Shown here: one piece after another, positions 18,908 to 27,240 of the stretch
How the letters are laid out: each line of letters opens with the position of its first letter
Position numbering within the stretch: the first letter of the stretch is position 1
Assembly (NCBI GenBank): GCA_963711565.1
Contig: CAVQEQ010000001.1
Span: 32,001 to 96,000, forward strand
Direction of reading: 5' to 3'
DNA from: an uncultured delta proteobacterium
GTDB lineage: Bacteria > Desulfobacterota > Binatia > Binatales > Binataceae
Length of the DNA stretch: 64,000 nt
Translations under genes and position numbers: made by a program
Notes under the pieces: model-generated
What the model was told of the DNA's origin: nothing
Seen by the model: only the letters and a program-made list of their open reading frames with translations
Database searches by the model: none

Positions 18908-21900
18908 CTATTGCTGGACGCTCGTGCTATCGTCGCCGCTCGAACTCGGCTTTGCCGCCGTGCCGTCGTGCCCGAAATTCTCGACCACCTCCGCGATCGC
19001 CTTGAGCAGCGTCGATTTCTTGACCGGCTTGCTGACGTGCAGGTCGCAGCCAACCTCGATTGCATGGCGTACATCGGTTTCCAGCGCGGAGGCTGACAGT
19101 GCGATAATCGGCGTCCTCCCGCGTTCGTTTGCCGTCTCCCATTCACGAATCTTGCGCACCGCGCCGTAACCGTCGAGCACCGGCATCTGAATGTCCATCA
19201 AAACCACGTCGTAGGCGCGCGTCATGAATCGCTCCAGCGCCGCCTGGCCGTCCTCGACTTGGTCGAGCACGTAGCCGCTCTTCTTGAGGTAGGCGGCGAT
19301 CAACAGGCGATTATCCGCCGAATCATCAGCCAGCAGGATGTCGAGCGGACGGTCGAGCAGATGCGCGCCCGAACCGTTCGCCGCAACTTCATGAGCCGGC
19401 TCGGGGGCCACTTTGGCAGGGGCAACGACTTGCGCCATCGCGTCCGAGATCGCGGCGTACAATTCGCGGCTCTTCACCGGCTTGACCACGTAATAGTTCA
19501 AGCCCAACTCCCGCATCGCATTCAGCCGATCGGTCAGACCGCTGGAAGTCACCAGCATGACGATCGGCGCGTTTCCATTCGCGCCACCGCGCATACGCCT
19601 GATCATCTCGAAACCGTCCATCGCGGGCATCTGCAAATCAATTAGCAGCAGGCCGAACGGCGCGCCGTTGAGATTGGCAGCCGCGAACGCGGCCAGACCT
19701 TCGGCCCCGGACGTTGCTTCGGTCACTACGGCGCCCGCGGCGCGCATCTTCTGGCGGACGATCGATCGATTGGTCGCGTTATCATCGACCACCAGCACGC
19801 GGACTGAAGACAGATCGAGTCCGCGATGCTGCTGCGTTTTGCTTTCGTTGGCCGGCAGCAACGCCAGCTCCACGGTAAAATGAAAGGTGCTCCCCGCGCC
19901 GAGTTCGCTTTCGGCCCAGACTCTGCCCCCCATCAACGCGACCAGCCGTTCGACGATCGCCAGGCCAAGTCCGCTGCCGCCGTATTTTCGCGTGGTCGAT
20001 GAGTCCGCTTGGGTGAAGGCGGAGAAAATGTTGGAGAGCGTCTGGGCAGGCATCCCGATGCCGCTGTCGCGCACCGAGAATAGCAGGCTGCCGGGATTGG
20101 ATTGGCCCGGGTTGTGCGCGACGTCAACCGCGACTTCACCGCGCTCGGTGAATTTGATCGCATTGCCGATCAGATTGGTTAGCACCTGGCGCAGCCGCAG
20201 CGAATCGCCCACCAGCGTTGGCGGCAAATCGCCGCTGAAGCGGACGGCGAGTTCGATTCCCTTCTCGTGCGCCCGAACCGCCAGAGTGTCGGCAACCTTC
20301 TCCGTCAGCTCGATCACGTCGAACGCCACCGCCTCCAGGTTCATCCGTCCGCTCTCCACCCGCGCGAGGTCCAGGATGCTGTTGATCAGTTCGAGCAGCG
20401 CGTTGCCGTTGCTGAGGATAGTGTCGAGGTAACGCCGCTGTTCCGAATTGAGATCGCTCTCGCCAATCAGGTCGGCCATCCCGAGGATCGCATTCATCGG
20501 CGTGCGAATTTCGTGCGACATGCTCGACAGGAATTCGGTCTTCGCTTTCGACGCGGCCAGCGCCTTCTGCCGCGCCGCCTCCAAATCGGTAATATCGCGC
20601 GCGATCGAGAGCGCGCACTCGCGCCCGCCAAGCTCGAGCACCACCGCCGAGATCAGTGCCGGAAAAGTACTGCCGCCTGCGGTGCGGAAGATGGTTTCGA
20701 AATTGCGCACCTCGCGCCGCTCGAGCAGAGTGGCGGTGAACAGCGCCAGCCGCCCGCTGTCTTCCCAGACTTTGAGCTGATCGAAACGCTTGCCGACGAT
20801 TTCGTCTTTCGCCATCCCCAGCGAGCGCACCAGCTCGTGGTTAACGTCGATAATGACGCCGTCGTTCAGATCTGTCAGCGCGATGTTGTCGACGCTCGCG
20901 TCGAAGATCTCCCGCAACATCGCCTCGCTGCTCTGCAGCTTGCGCTCCTGTTCCTTGAGCCGGGTAATGTCGCGGGCAATCGTTACTACGCGCTCTTCGC
21001 CGCCCAGCTCCACCACTACCGACGAGAGCAACACGGGAATCTGGGCGCCGCTCTTGGCCTTGATGGTCACTTCGAAATTCCGCACCTGCCGGTTCGTCCG
21101 CAGCGACTCGGTATATGCCACCGCCGTTTCGTTGTCTGAAACCTGCCCGATGATCTCGGCCCGCGAATATTCACTGAGCCGCATGAATTCGTCGTTGACG
21201 TCTACAAAGCGGCCGTCAAGGTCGGTGATCGACACCGGGTCGAGGATCGAGTCGAAGATTTTGCGCAAACTGACCTCGCTCTCTTTGAGCTTCCGTTCCG
21301 CCGCCAACAGGTCGCCGATATTGCGCGTGATCGTCAGGACGCTCAGCTTGCCGTCCAACTCAACCATCGCACCGGACATCAGACATGGGATGCGGGTCCC
21401 ATCCTTGGCGTAAAAGTTCGCTCGCATGTTGCGGACTTCGCCGCTGCGAATCATCGCCGCCGAAAAGTTGTCCGATTCCTCGCGGCTGGGCCAGACACCG
21501 ACTTCCCAATAGGTCTTGCCCAGCACCTCCTCCCGGCTGAAACCCGTCGCCCGAGAGAATTCCTGGTTAACGTCGGTGTAGCACCGCGTCAAAGCGTCGG
21601 TGGTCGTCACCGAATCGAGATTCTTGTCGAAGATTTTGCGCAGCGTGGCCTCGCTGTTGCGCAGCTTTCGCTCGGCTTCTTTCACGTCCGAAATTTCGCG
21701 GACCACGATGATCGCGCAGGGCTGATTGTTCAGGCGCACCGCGACCGCGGATATCAATGCCGTCATCGGCCGCGCATAGCCGACGCCGTTGAGCTCGACC
21801 TCGAGGTTTTTGACCACGCCAGTCTCTTGCAATTCCTTCATGAACTGATCGCGCGCGCGCGGATCCGCGAAAAAATTGAAATCGACCTCTCGACGGCCCA

Positions 21901-22723
21901 AGACCAGCTCGCGCGGCACCCGGCTGCGCTCGACGAATTGGTTGTTGACCTCGAGAATCGCGCTGGTGTCGAGGTTGGTGACCACCACCATGTCGCCGCT
22001 CTGCTCGAAAATCTGGCGGAACTTTTGTTCGCTGTCGGTGAGTTTCTGGTCACTGCTCAACCGGTCCGCGAGGTTTTGCGCGAGCGCGCGCCGATTCTTC
22101 GTCTGCAGGCCAACGTTTGACTGCGCCAGCCCGACCGCGGTGATCAGGCCCAGCCAATGCATCGACGGATCGGAATCAACGACACCATGCGCGCGACCCA
22201 GCATGTAAAAGCAAACCATCCCGACTGTGCCGATCGCCGCCTGCCAGCCCCAATCCCACGGCACCAGCATCCCGCCGCCAACCACGATGACGAGCGTTGA
22301 AACGAACAGCGGCTCGATGCGCATCGAATCGGCGCAGATCGCAGTGGTCGATACGAGCAGCGCGCTGCATACGAAAACCGCGATCTGCCGCCAATAGCGT
22401 GGCATCGCGCGGGTAAAAGTCAGCAGGAAGGACATCACTCCGATCGCGATGTTGATCAAATGAAGGCTCAGCGTCGCGTCAAACGTTGATGGCGACGTGA
22501 AGCGATGCTCCGCCGCGTAGACCAGCTGAAAGAATACGATCAGCACCGTGCCCGTACGCAGCAGACCGACAAACTTCTCATCCGCGACCTGCGAATCGGA
22601 CAAGGTATTGCGCGACGGCGAGCGCGGCTGCTCACCAGAAGTCGAAGCTGCGACTTTCAACTGATCGTGCTCGAGGCTCCTCTCGCGCGAGGCAATGTCA
22701 TGCTGCTTGGGCGTTTCGCCCAT
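18908..22723 (-). CDS. membrane-bound hybrid sensor histidine kinase (TM region, 4 PAS, HisKA/HATPase, 2 receiver domains)
   Basis: FLSSMSHEIRTPMN H-box, NLIGNAIKFT, DSGIG, GGSGLGL; VVDDN and LADDS/MDIQMP receivers; repeated 'SE..LR.IFD' PAS linkers; start codon uncertain. Confidence 0.92.
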   Translation of the reverse strand: MGETPKQHDIASRERSLEHDQLKVAASTSGEQPRSPSRNTLSDSQVADEKFVGLLRTGTVLIVFFQLVYAAEHRFTSPSTFDATLSLHLINIAIGVMSFLLTFTRAMPRYWRQIAVFVCSALLVSTTAICADSMRIEPLFVSTLVIVVGGGMLVPWDWGWQAAIGTVGMVCFYMLGRAHGVVDSDPSMHWLGLITAVGLAQSNVGLQTKNRRALAQNLADRLSSDQKLTDSEQKFRQIFEQSGDMVVVTNLDTSAILEVNNQFVERSRVPRELVLGRREVDFNFFADPRARDQFMKELQETGVVKNLEVELNGVGYARPMTALISAVAVRLNNQPCAIIVVREISDVKEAERKLRNSEATLRKIFDKNLDSVTTTDALTRCYTDVNQEFSRATGFSREEVLGKTYWEVGVWPSREESDNFSAAMIRSGEVRNMRANFYAKDGTRIPCLMSGAMVELDGKLSVLTITRNIGDLLAAERKLKESEVSLRKIFDSILDPVSITDLDGRFVDVNDEFMRLSEYSRAEIIGQVSDNETAVAYTESLRTNRQVRNFEVTIKAKSGAQIPVLLSSVVVELGGEERVVTIARDITRLKEQERKLQSSEAMLREIFDASVDNIALTDLNDGVIIDVNHELVRSLGMAKDEIVGKRFDQLKVWEDSGRLALFTATLLERREVRNFETIFRTAGGSTFPALISAVVLELGGRECALSIARDITDLEAARQKALAASKAKTEFLSSMSHEIRTPMNAILGMADLIGESDLNSEQRRYLDTILSNGNALLELINSILDLARVESGRMNLEAVAFDVIELTEKVADTLAVRAHEKGIELAVRFSGDLPPTLVGDSLRLRQVLTNLIGNAIKFTERGEVAVDVAHNPGQSNPGSLLFSVRDSGIGMPAQTLSNIFSAFTQADSSTTRKYGGSGLGLAIVERLVALMGGRVWAESELGAGSTFHFTVELALLPANESKTQQHRGLDLSSVRVLVVDDNATNRSIVRQKMRAAGAVVTEATSGAEGLAAFAAANLNGAPFGLLLIDLQMPAMDGFEMIRRMRGGANGNAPIVMLVTSSGLTDRLNAMRELGLNYYVVKPVKSRELYAAISDAMAQVVAPAKVAPEPAHEVAANGSGAHLLDRPLDILLADDSADNRLLIAAYLKKSGYVLDQVEDGQAALERFMTRAYDVVLMDIQMPVLDGYGAVRKIREWETANERGRTPIIALSASALETDVRHAIEVGCDLHVSKPVKKSTLLKAIAEVVENFGHDGTAAKPSSSGDDSTSVQQ

Positions 22724-22960
22724 CCGATAATCCTTCCAGTCCCTGGCCGGCGCAGGTATCCACATGGATTCCAGCAAGTCCAATGCCCGAAAATCTGTCG
22801 CATATTCGTCGAGAAACCTCAGATCGCTCATCAATCCTCGCGACCCGCGGAGCGATTCGGGCGCGATGTGTCCCATTTCGGGAATTGGCCAGGGGCGTTT
22901 GTTAACACCGACCGAATTCTGCGAGAATCCTCGCAATTCTTCGTATCGAGGTTCATCCAC

Positions 22961-24505
22961 ATGAGCGCGACCGTTTCGATCCATCAAGGCAAACTCGAAG
23001 GCGACGAGCAGGGCGGGCTGTTCGTCTTCAAAGGAATCCCGTTTGCGGCGCCGCCCGTCGGTGGGCGGCGATGGCTCGCGCCGGAGAAGCCCGCGTCGTG
23101 GACCGGCGTTCGCGACGCGCGTCGGTTCGGCGCCGTCGCTCCTCAGAACAAGTTGATGCTCAGCGCACTCTCCGCGATGGTGGTGGACGGCGAACAATCC
23201 GAGGATTGCCTCACGCTCAACGTCTGGACTCCCGCGCTCGACGGCAAACGGCGCCCGGTGATGGTCTGGATTCACGGCGGCGCGTTCACGATCGGCTCGG
23301 GCTCGCAGTCGCTCTACGACGGGTCCGTTCTCGCGCGACGCGGCGATGTCGTACTCGTCACCGTCAATTACCGTCTCGGACCGCTAGGGTTCCTCCGCCT
23401 CGCTGACGTGACCAACGGCAAGATCCCTTCGACCGGCAGCGAAGGGATGCTCGATCAGGTCGCGGCGCTCGAATGGGTCCGCGACAATATCGCCGAGTTC
23501 GGCGGCGACCCGGGCAACGTCACAATTTTCGGCGAGTCAGCCGGCGGCATGAGCGTCGGAACTCTGCTCGCGATGCCCGCGGCGCGCGGCTTGTTCCACA
23601 AAGCGATTCCGCAGAGCGGCGCATGCCACACCGGCGCTCCCGTCGCGCGCGCAAATCGCACGGCGGAGCGAGTCCTATCGAGACTCGGCGTGAATCCAAG
23701 CGACGCCGGCGCGATCCGCGCGCTGACGCCTGCGCAATTGCTCACCGGCACCCTCCTCGACGACGGCAAGACGCCCGACCCCGAACTCGGGATGGCGTAT
23801 CAGCCGTGCATCGACGGTACTCACGTCCCGCGCGCCGCGATCGAGATGGTGGCGGACGGCAATGCGTCGGGCGTGGCCGTGATGGTCGGTTCCAACCTCG
23901 AAGAATGGAAATTGTTCTCGTTGATGGATCCTTCGCTGCACAAGCTCGATCGTGCGGGCCTCGGCGCGCGCATGAGTCGGCGCTTGACCGCTCCCACAGC
24001 CGACGCCCTTATCGACGCTTACGACAAGGCGCGCGCCGCTCGCGGCGAGTCAGTCACGCCCGCCGACTTGTTCAACGCAATCGAGACCGACCGGGTTTTC
24101 CGCATCCCGGGCGTGCGCCTCGCGCAAGTCCAGCCGCGCCACGACGCGCGCGTTTACAGCTATCTCTTCACATGGCCATCGCCCGCGATGGGCGGCGTGC
24201 TCGGCTCATGCCACGCACTCGAGCTCGGCTTCGTCTTCGGCACCAATCACATGCCCGGGATGGCCGCATTCGCAGGCACCGGCCCCGCCGTCGAAAAGCT
24301 CGCAACGCAGATGCAGGACGCGTGGCTGGCATTCGCGCGTTCAGGCGATCCGAGCAGCGAGAGCATCGGCAAGTGGAAGCGTTATGACGAGGCGCGCCGC
24401 TCAACGATGGTCTTCGGCGCGAACACAAAGCTCGAGGATGCCCCGCGCGAAGAAGAGCGCCGCGCCTGGGACGCGACTCCGGACAAAATCTTCGGCTCGC
24501 TCTAG
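22961..24505 (+). CDS. carboxylesterase type B
   Basis: FKGIPFA, EDCL.LNVW, HGGAF, FGESAGG, HALEL. Confidence 0.93.
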   Translation: MSATVSIHQGKLEGDEQGGLFVFKGIPFAAPPVGGRRWLAPEKPASWTGVRDARRFGAVAPQNKLMLSALSAMVVDGEQSEDCLTLNVWTPALDGKRRPVMVWIHGGAFTIGSGSQSLYDGSVLARRGDVVLVTVNYRLGPLGFLRLADVTNGKIPSTGSEGMLDQVAALEWVRDNIAEFGGDPGNVTIFGESAGGMSVGTLLAMPAARGLFHKAIPQSGACHTGAPVARANRTAERVLSRLGVNPSDAGAIRALTPAQLLTGTLLDDGKTPDPELGMAYQPCIDGTHVPRAAIEMVADGNASGVAVMVGSNLEEWKLFSLMDPSLHKLDRAGLGARMSRRLTAPTADALIDAYDKARAARGESVTPADLFNAIETDRVFRIPGVRLAQVQPRHDARVYSYLFTWPSPAMGGVLGSCHALELGFVFGTNHMPGMAAFAGTGPAVEKLATQMQDAWLAFARSGDPSSESIGKWKRYDEARRSTMVFGANTKLEDAPREEERRAWDATPDKIFGSL

Positions 24506-24521
24506 CTCTCTCGCGACCGGT

Positions 24522-24543
24522 CCCCCTTCCCTCGAGGGAAGGG
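24522..24543. repeat. palindromic REP-like hairpin / possible terminator
   Basis: CCCTTCCCTCGAGGGAAGGG perfect palindrome between convergent genes. Confidence 0.55.
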
Positions 24544-24544
24544 A

Positions 24545-25011
24545 TTAAATGACTGGCGGATACAGCTGAACAAGCCTATCTGGGGTTTCGATCCCGAATA
24601 CAAACGGTGGCGGGTAGTTCCTGATTGTCTCCAGCATTTTCGGCATCAGCAACTCAATCAATGCAATCCTTACATCGCTAGGAAGCTGCCCGTCGAGAAA
24701 GATAAATGCTCGAACTTTAGCGCTGGTCAGCGCTTCTATTTCGTTTCGGCGTAGCTGAATCTTTCGATCTTTCGTGACGACGATCCACTCTCTCTTGCCG
24801 ACCTCAGGCAGCCAGGTCTCATCTAGTGCGTCGACAGCAAAATTATCGGCGTGGATTTCTGCTCTACAAGAAGCCGAAACAGCGAGCGCCCGCGCGATGC
24901 GTCGCCCAGAAAGTGCTTGATCGGTAAAAAAGACAAGCTCGGTTGGAGTGTAGTCTTCGATTTACGCTGCTTGCGCGAGCTGCGCTCTTTCGTATCTGAT
25001 CGCGTACTCAA
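24545..25011 (-). CDS. VapC45-like PIN-domain toxin (frameshifted or lacking canonical start; absent from ORF track)
   Basis: Manual translation 24961->24545: ELVFFTDQALSGR...DETWLPEVGKREWIVVTKDRKIQLRRNEIEAL...RAFIF...PPPFVF; probable TTG start at 25011 lies in another frame. Confidence 0.75.
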
Positions 25012-25723
25012 TCTCAGTTTTACTGCGGTCAAAGTCTTCCATGAGACTATCGATGGAATCACCGCCCCAAAACCGATCAGCTATCGCTTCGGTGGGGATT
25101 CCCGTACCTGTAATCACAGGCCGCCCAAAAGAGACGAGGGGATCGACCGCGATAAGTTTTGGCGGTTCGTCAAAAACGGTTGAGCCAATCCGAATAACCG
25201 GCCTCGAAACGACGAAGGGATAGAGCCTGGTAGTCAGGCCTTCGACGCTGCGATCGAGGCGCTTTAGGTGGGCATCCAGCATCTCTCGCATCGCGACCTG
25301 TTTGCCGCGGGTGACATTTATGAGTTGACCTAGCTCCTGAATGAACAGGTCGGAGCCGGAAGCATAAAGATCAACGTCGGCGAGCGGGTGTAGTGTCTCA
25401 TACTTCTGTTTAAGATGTTCGATTGCGTCCCTTGTGCGGAACATTTGCACGAGATGCCTTCGCCGGATTGATTTCAGCACGTGAGCTTCCACCAGATTGA
25501 CAAATGACAGCATCTTTTCGTCATTTTCCGGCGGAATGATCAACGGCTCAAAATGGCGAAGGCGATCGGCCTTTCGGTCGCGCCAAACAGCACCAAATAC
25601 CCACGCTTTCAGTGTAGACAATGGCAAAAGCAGCATTTTTGCTGCCAATTCGACCGGATAGAGCGGCATTTCGCGCGGGTTTTTGCCGCCGTACAGACCT
25701 ACTATCTTCTTACTTTCAGCCAC
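24962..25723 (-). CDS. VapB45-like antitoxin (HTH + DUF433)
   Basis: P.Y....AA..L.LP.STL..W, LSFVNLVEAHVL, DP.VSFGRPVI.GTGIPT, IEYAIRYE. Confidence 0.9.
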   Translation of the reverse strand: MAESKKIVGLYGGKNPREMPLYPVELAAKMLLLPLSTLKAWVFGAVWRDRKADRLRHFEPLIIPPENDEKMLSFVNLVEAHVLKSIRRRHLVQMFRTRDAIEHLKQKYETLHPLADVDLYASGSDLFIQELGQLINVTRGKQVAMREMLDAHLKRLDRSVEGLTTRLYPFVVSRPVIRIGSTVFDEPPKLIAVDPLVSFGRPVITGTGIPTEAIADRFWGGDSIDSLMEDFDRSKTEIEYAIRYERAQLAQAA

Positions 25724-25781
25724 AACGACCCCTTGCTCGAATCACAGCATAGCAGATTTGTCAATATCGTAATCTACCGGA

Positions 25782-26003
25782 CTAGCGCGTCGGCTTTGCG
25801 GTCGGCGGTTGGCCGCTCGATCCCTTTGCATGCGCCGGCTTGCCTTCCATGAAACGATTGCATCCGCTGTTGCCGGAAACTCTTAGGTTGAACTTCAGCA
25901 TTTTGTCGTCGATGCAAAGTCCCATCGTCGAATTCTTAATTGGCGCCTTCGGCTCGACCTGCCACCACTTGCAATCTTTGCAGAGTCCCCATGATGTGCT
26001 CAT
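25782..26003 (-). CDS. small 4-Cys protein (possible Fe-S binding)
   Basis: CKDC-x18-C-x17-C; GGAGG RBS. Confidence 0.7.
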   Translation of the reverse strand: MSTSWGLCKDCKWWQVEPKAPIKNSTMGLCIDDKMLKFNLRVSGNSGCNRFMEGKPAHAKGSSGQPPTAKPTR

Positions 26004-26031
26004 CAACTTCAGCCTCCGTCGATTGCGTGCG

Positions 26032-27240
26032 TCACTCCAGCGATAGGTCGACGCGCGTCGTCTTGCCCTGGTCCTTGATTCCGGTGGCGTCCATCTTCGG
26101 CGCGATTATGAACATCCGCGCCGCCTCGACCTGCTTCGTACTCAGATACGCGCGCACCGCGTTCGCGCGCGCGTCCGCAAGATTCTTCAGGTCCTGATCG
26201 GTCACCGGAGTGTTATCGAGGATAAGTTTCTTCATCTGGTCGGCCGGTAGCGTCTTTGCCAATCCAATCGCGTCGCGCGGCTTCTTGAATTTTCCCGAGC
26301 TGTAAACCTTGGCTAGATACTTGTTGTAGTCCGCCGTCGAAAGCGCCGGGGGTTTTCCATTCGCATCCGCGCTGTCGCCCCCGCTGTTATGCCTGAGCGC
26401 CTGGATGCTGTGGTCCAGTGACGCTTGCTTGTAGCCATCGGTGTCAAACTTCGGATCGACGCGCCCCTCAATGTTGAGCTTCAGCGCGGTCCGATCCGCC
26501 AACGCCTTGGCGACCGTATCAAGCTTCTGCTGACTGTCCGGCGTCAGCGTCGAGTAGCCCGGCGTGAACTCGATGTAGGCGAGATCCTGCGGCGCGCCGC
26601 CGCCGGTAACGCTGCCGAAGGCGGACGCGAGCAGCGAGAACGGCGCGGTCGCGGCCTTGACGATCAGGTTCATGAACGCGCCCAGGATGATGCTGCCGAT
26701 GCTGAACTGCGGATCTGACAGCGACCCCGATATCGGGATTCGCACGTCGATTTGTCCCTTCGAATTCTTCAGCAGTGAAACCGCGAGCCGAATCGGCAGA
26801 TTCGTCGCGTCGGGACTGTCCACGTGATCGCCGAACGTCAGTTGATCGATAAAAATGTGGTTGTCAGCCGTCAGCTTGCCTGCGTCGAGCAGATAATGCA
26901 CATCGACCGTCAGCGTTCCTTTGACGATCGGATAGCCGGTGTATTTGATTGTGTACGGCGAGACTCCCGTCAGCTCGATCGCGTCCGCCTTCGCCTTGAT
27001 GTCAACGTAGGCCGTCGGCGCGAGCGGGTTTATCGATCCATCGATATTGATCGGCGAGCTCCCGTTGATTTTTCCATCGAGTGAAACGGGCGCCGGCGTC
27101 GTGGATTTCGTTCCGAACGCGCCAACCTTGCCCTCCATGTCCGTAAGATTTGCGGTGTAGTTGGGCTTGATGAAGTTGTCGGTGTAATCGACTTTGCCGC
27201 CCTTGAGCGTGATCTTACTCAGCTCGATGTCGGCGTTCAT
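26032..27240 (-). CDS. DUF748 protein, C-terminal part (DUF748 + OmpA-like end)
   Basis: LP..LA.SLLK...G.ID..IPISGSL.DP.F; LA.ARA.AV..YL; RVDLSL. Confidence 0.8.
   Translation of the reverse strand: MNADIELSKITLKGGKVDYTDNFIKPNYTANLTDMEGKVGAFGTKSTTPAPVSLDGKINGSSPINIDGSINPLAPTAYVDIKAKADAIELTGVSPYTIKYTGYPIVKGTLTVDVHYLLDAGKLTADNHIFIDQLTFGDHVDSPDATNLPIRLAVSLLKNSKGQIDVRIPISGSLSDPQFSIGSIILGAFMNLIVKAATAPFSLLASAFGSVTGGGAPQDLAYIEFTPGYSTLTPDSQQKLDTVAKALADRTALKLNIEGRVDPKFDTDGYKQASLDHSIQALRHNSGGDSADANGKPPALSTADYNKYLAKVYSSGKFKKPRDAIGLAKTLPADQMKKLILDNTPVTDQDLKNLADARANAVRAYLSTKQVEAARMFIIAPKMDATGIKDQGKTTRVDLSLE

Noticed and set aside
22505-23275. Apparent long overlap between the kinase (to 23275) and the carboxylesterase (from 22505)
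   Set aside because: Longest-ORF artefact; esterase homology starts at 22961 and the kinase most likely starts near 22723.
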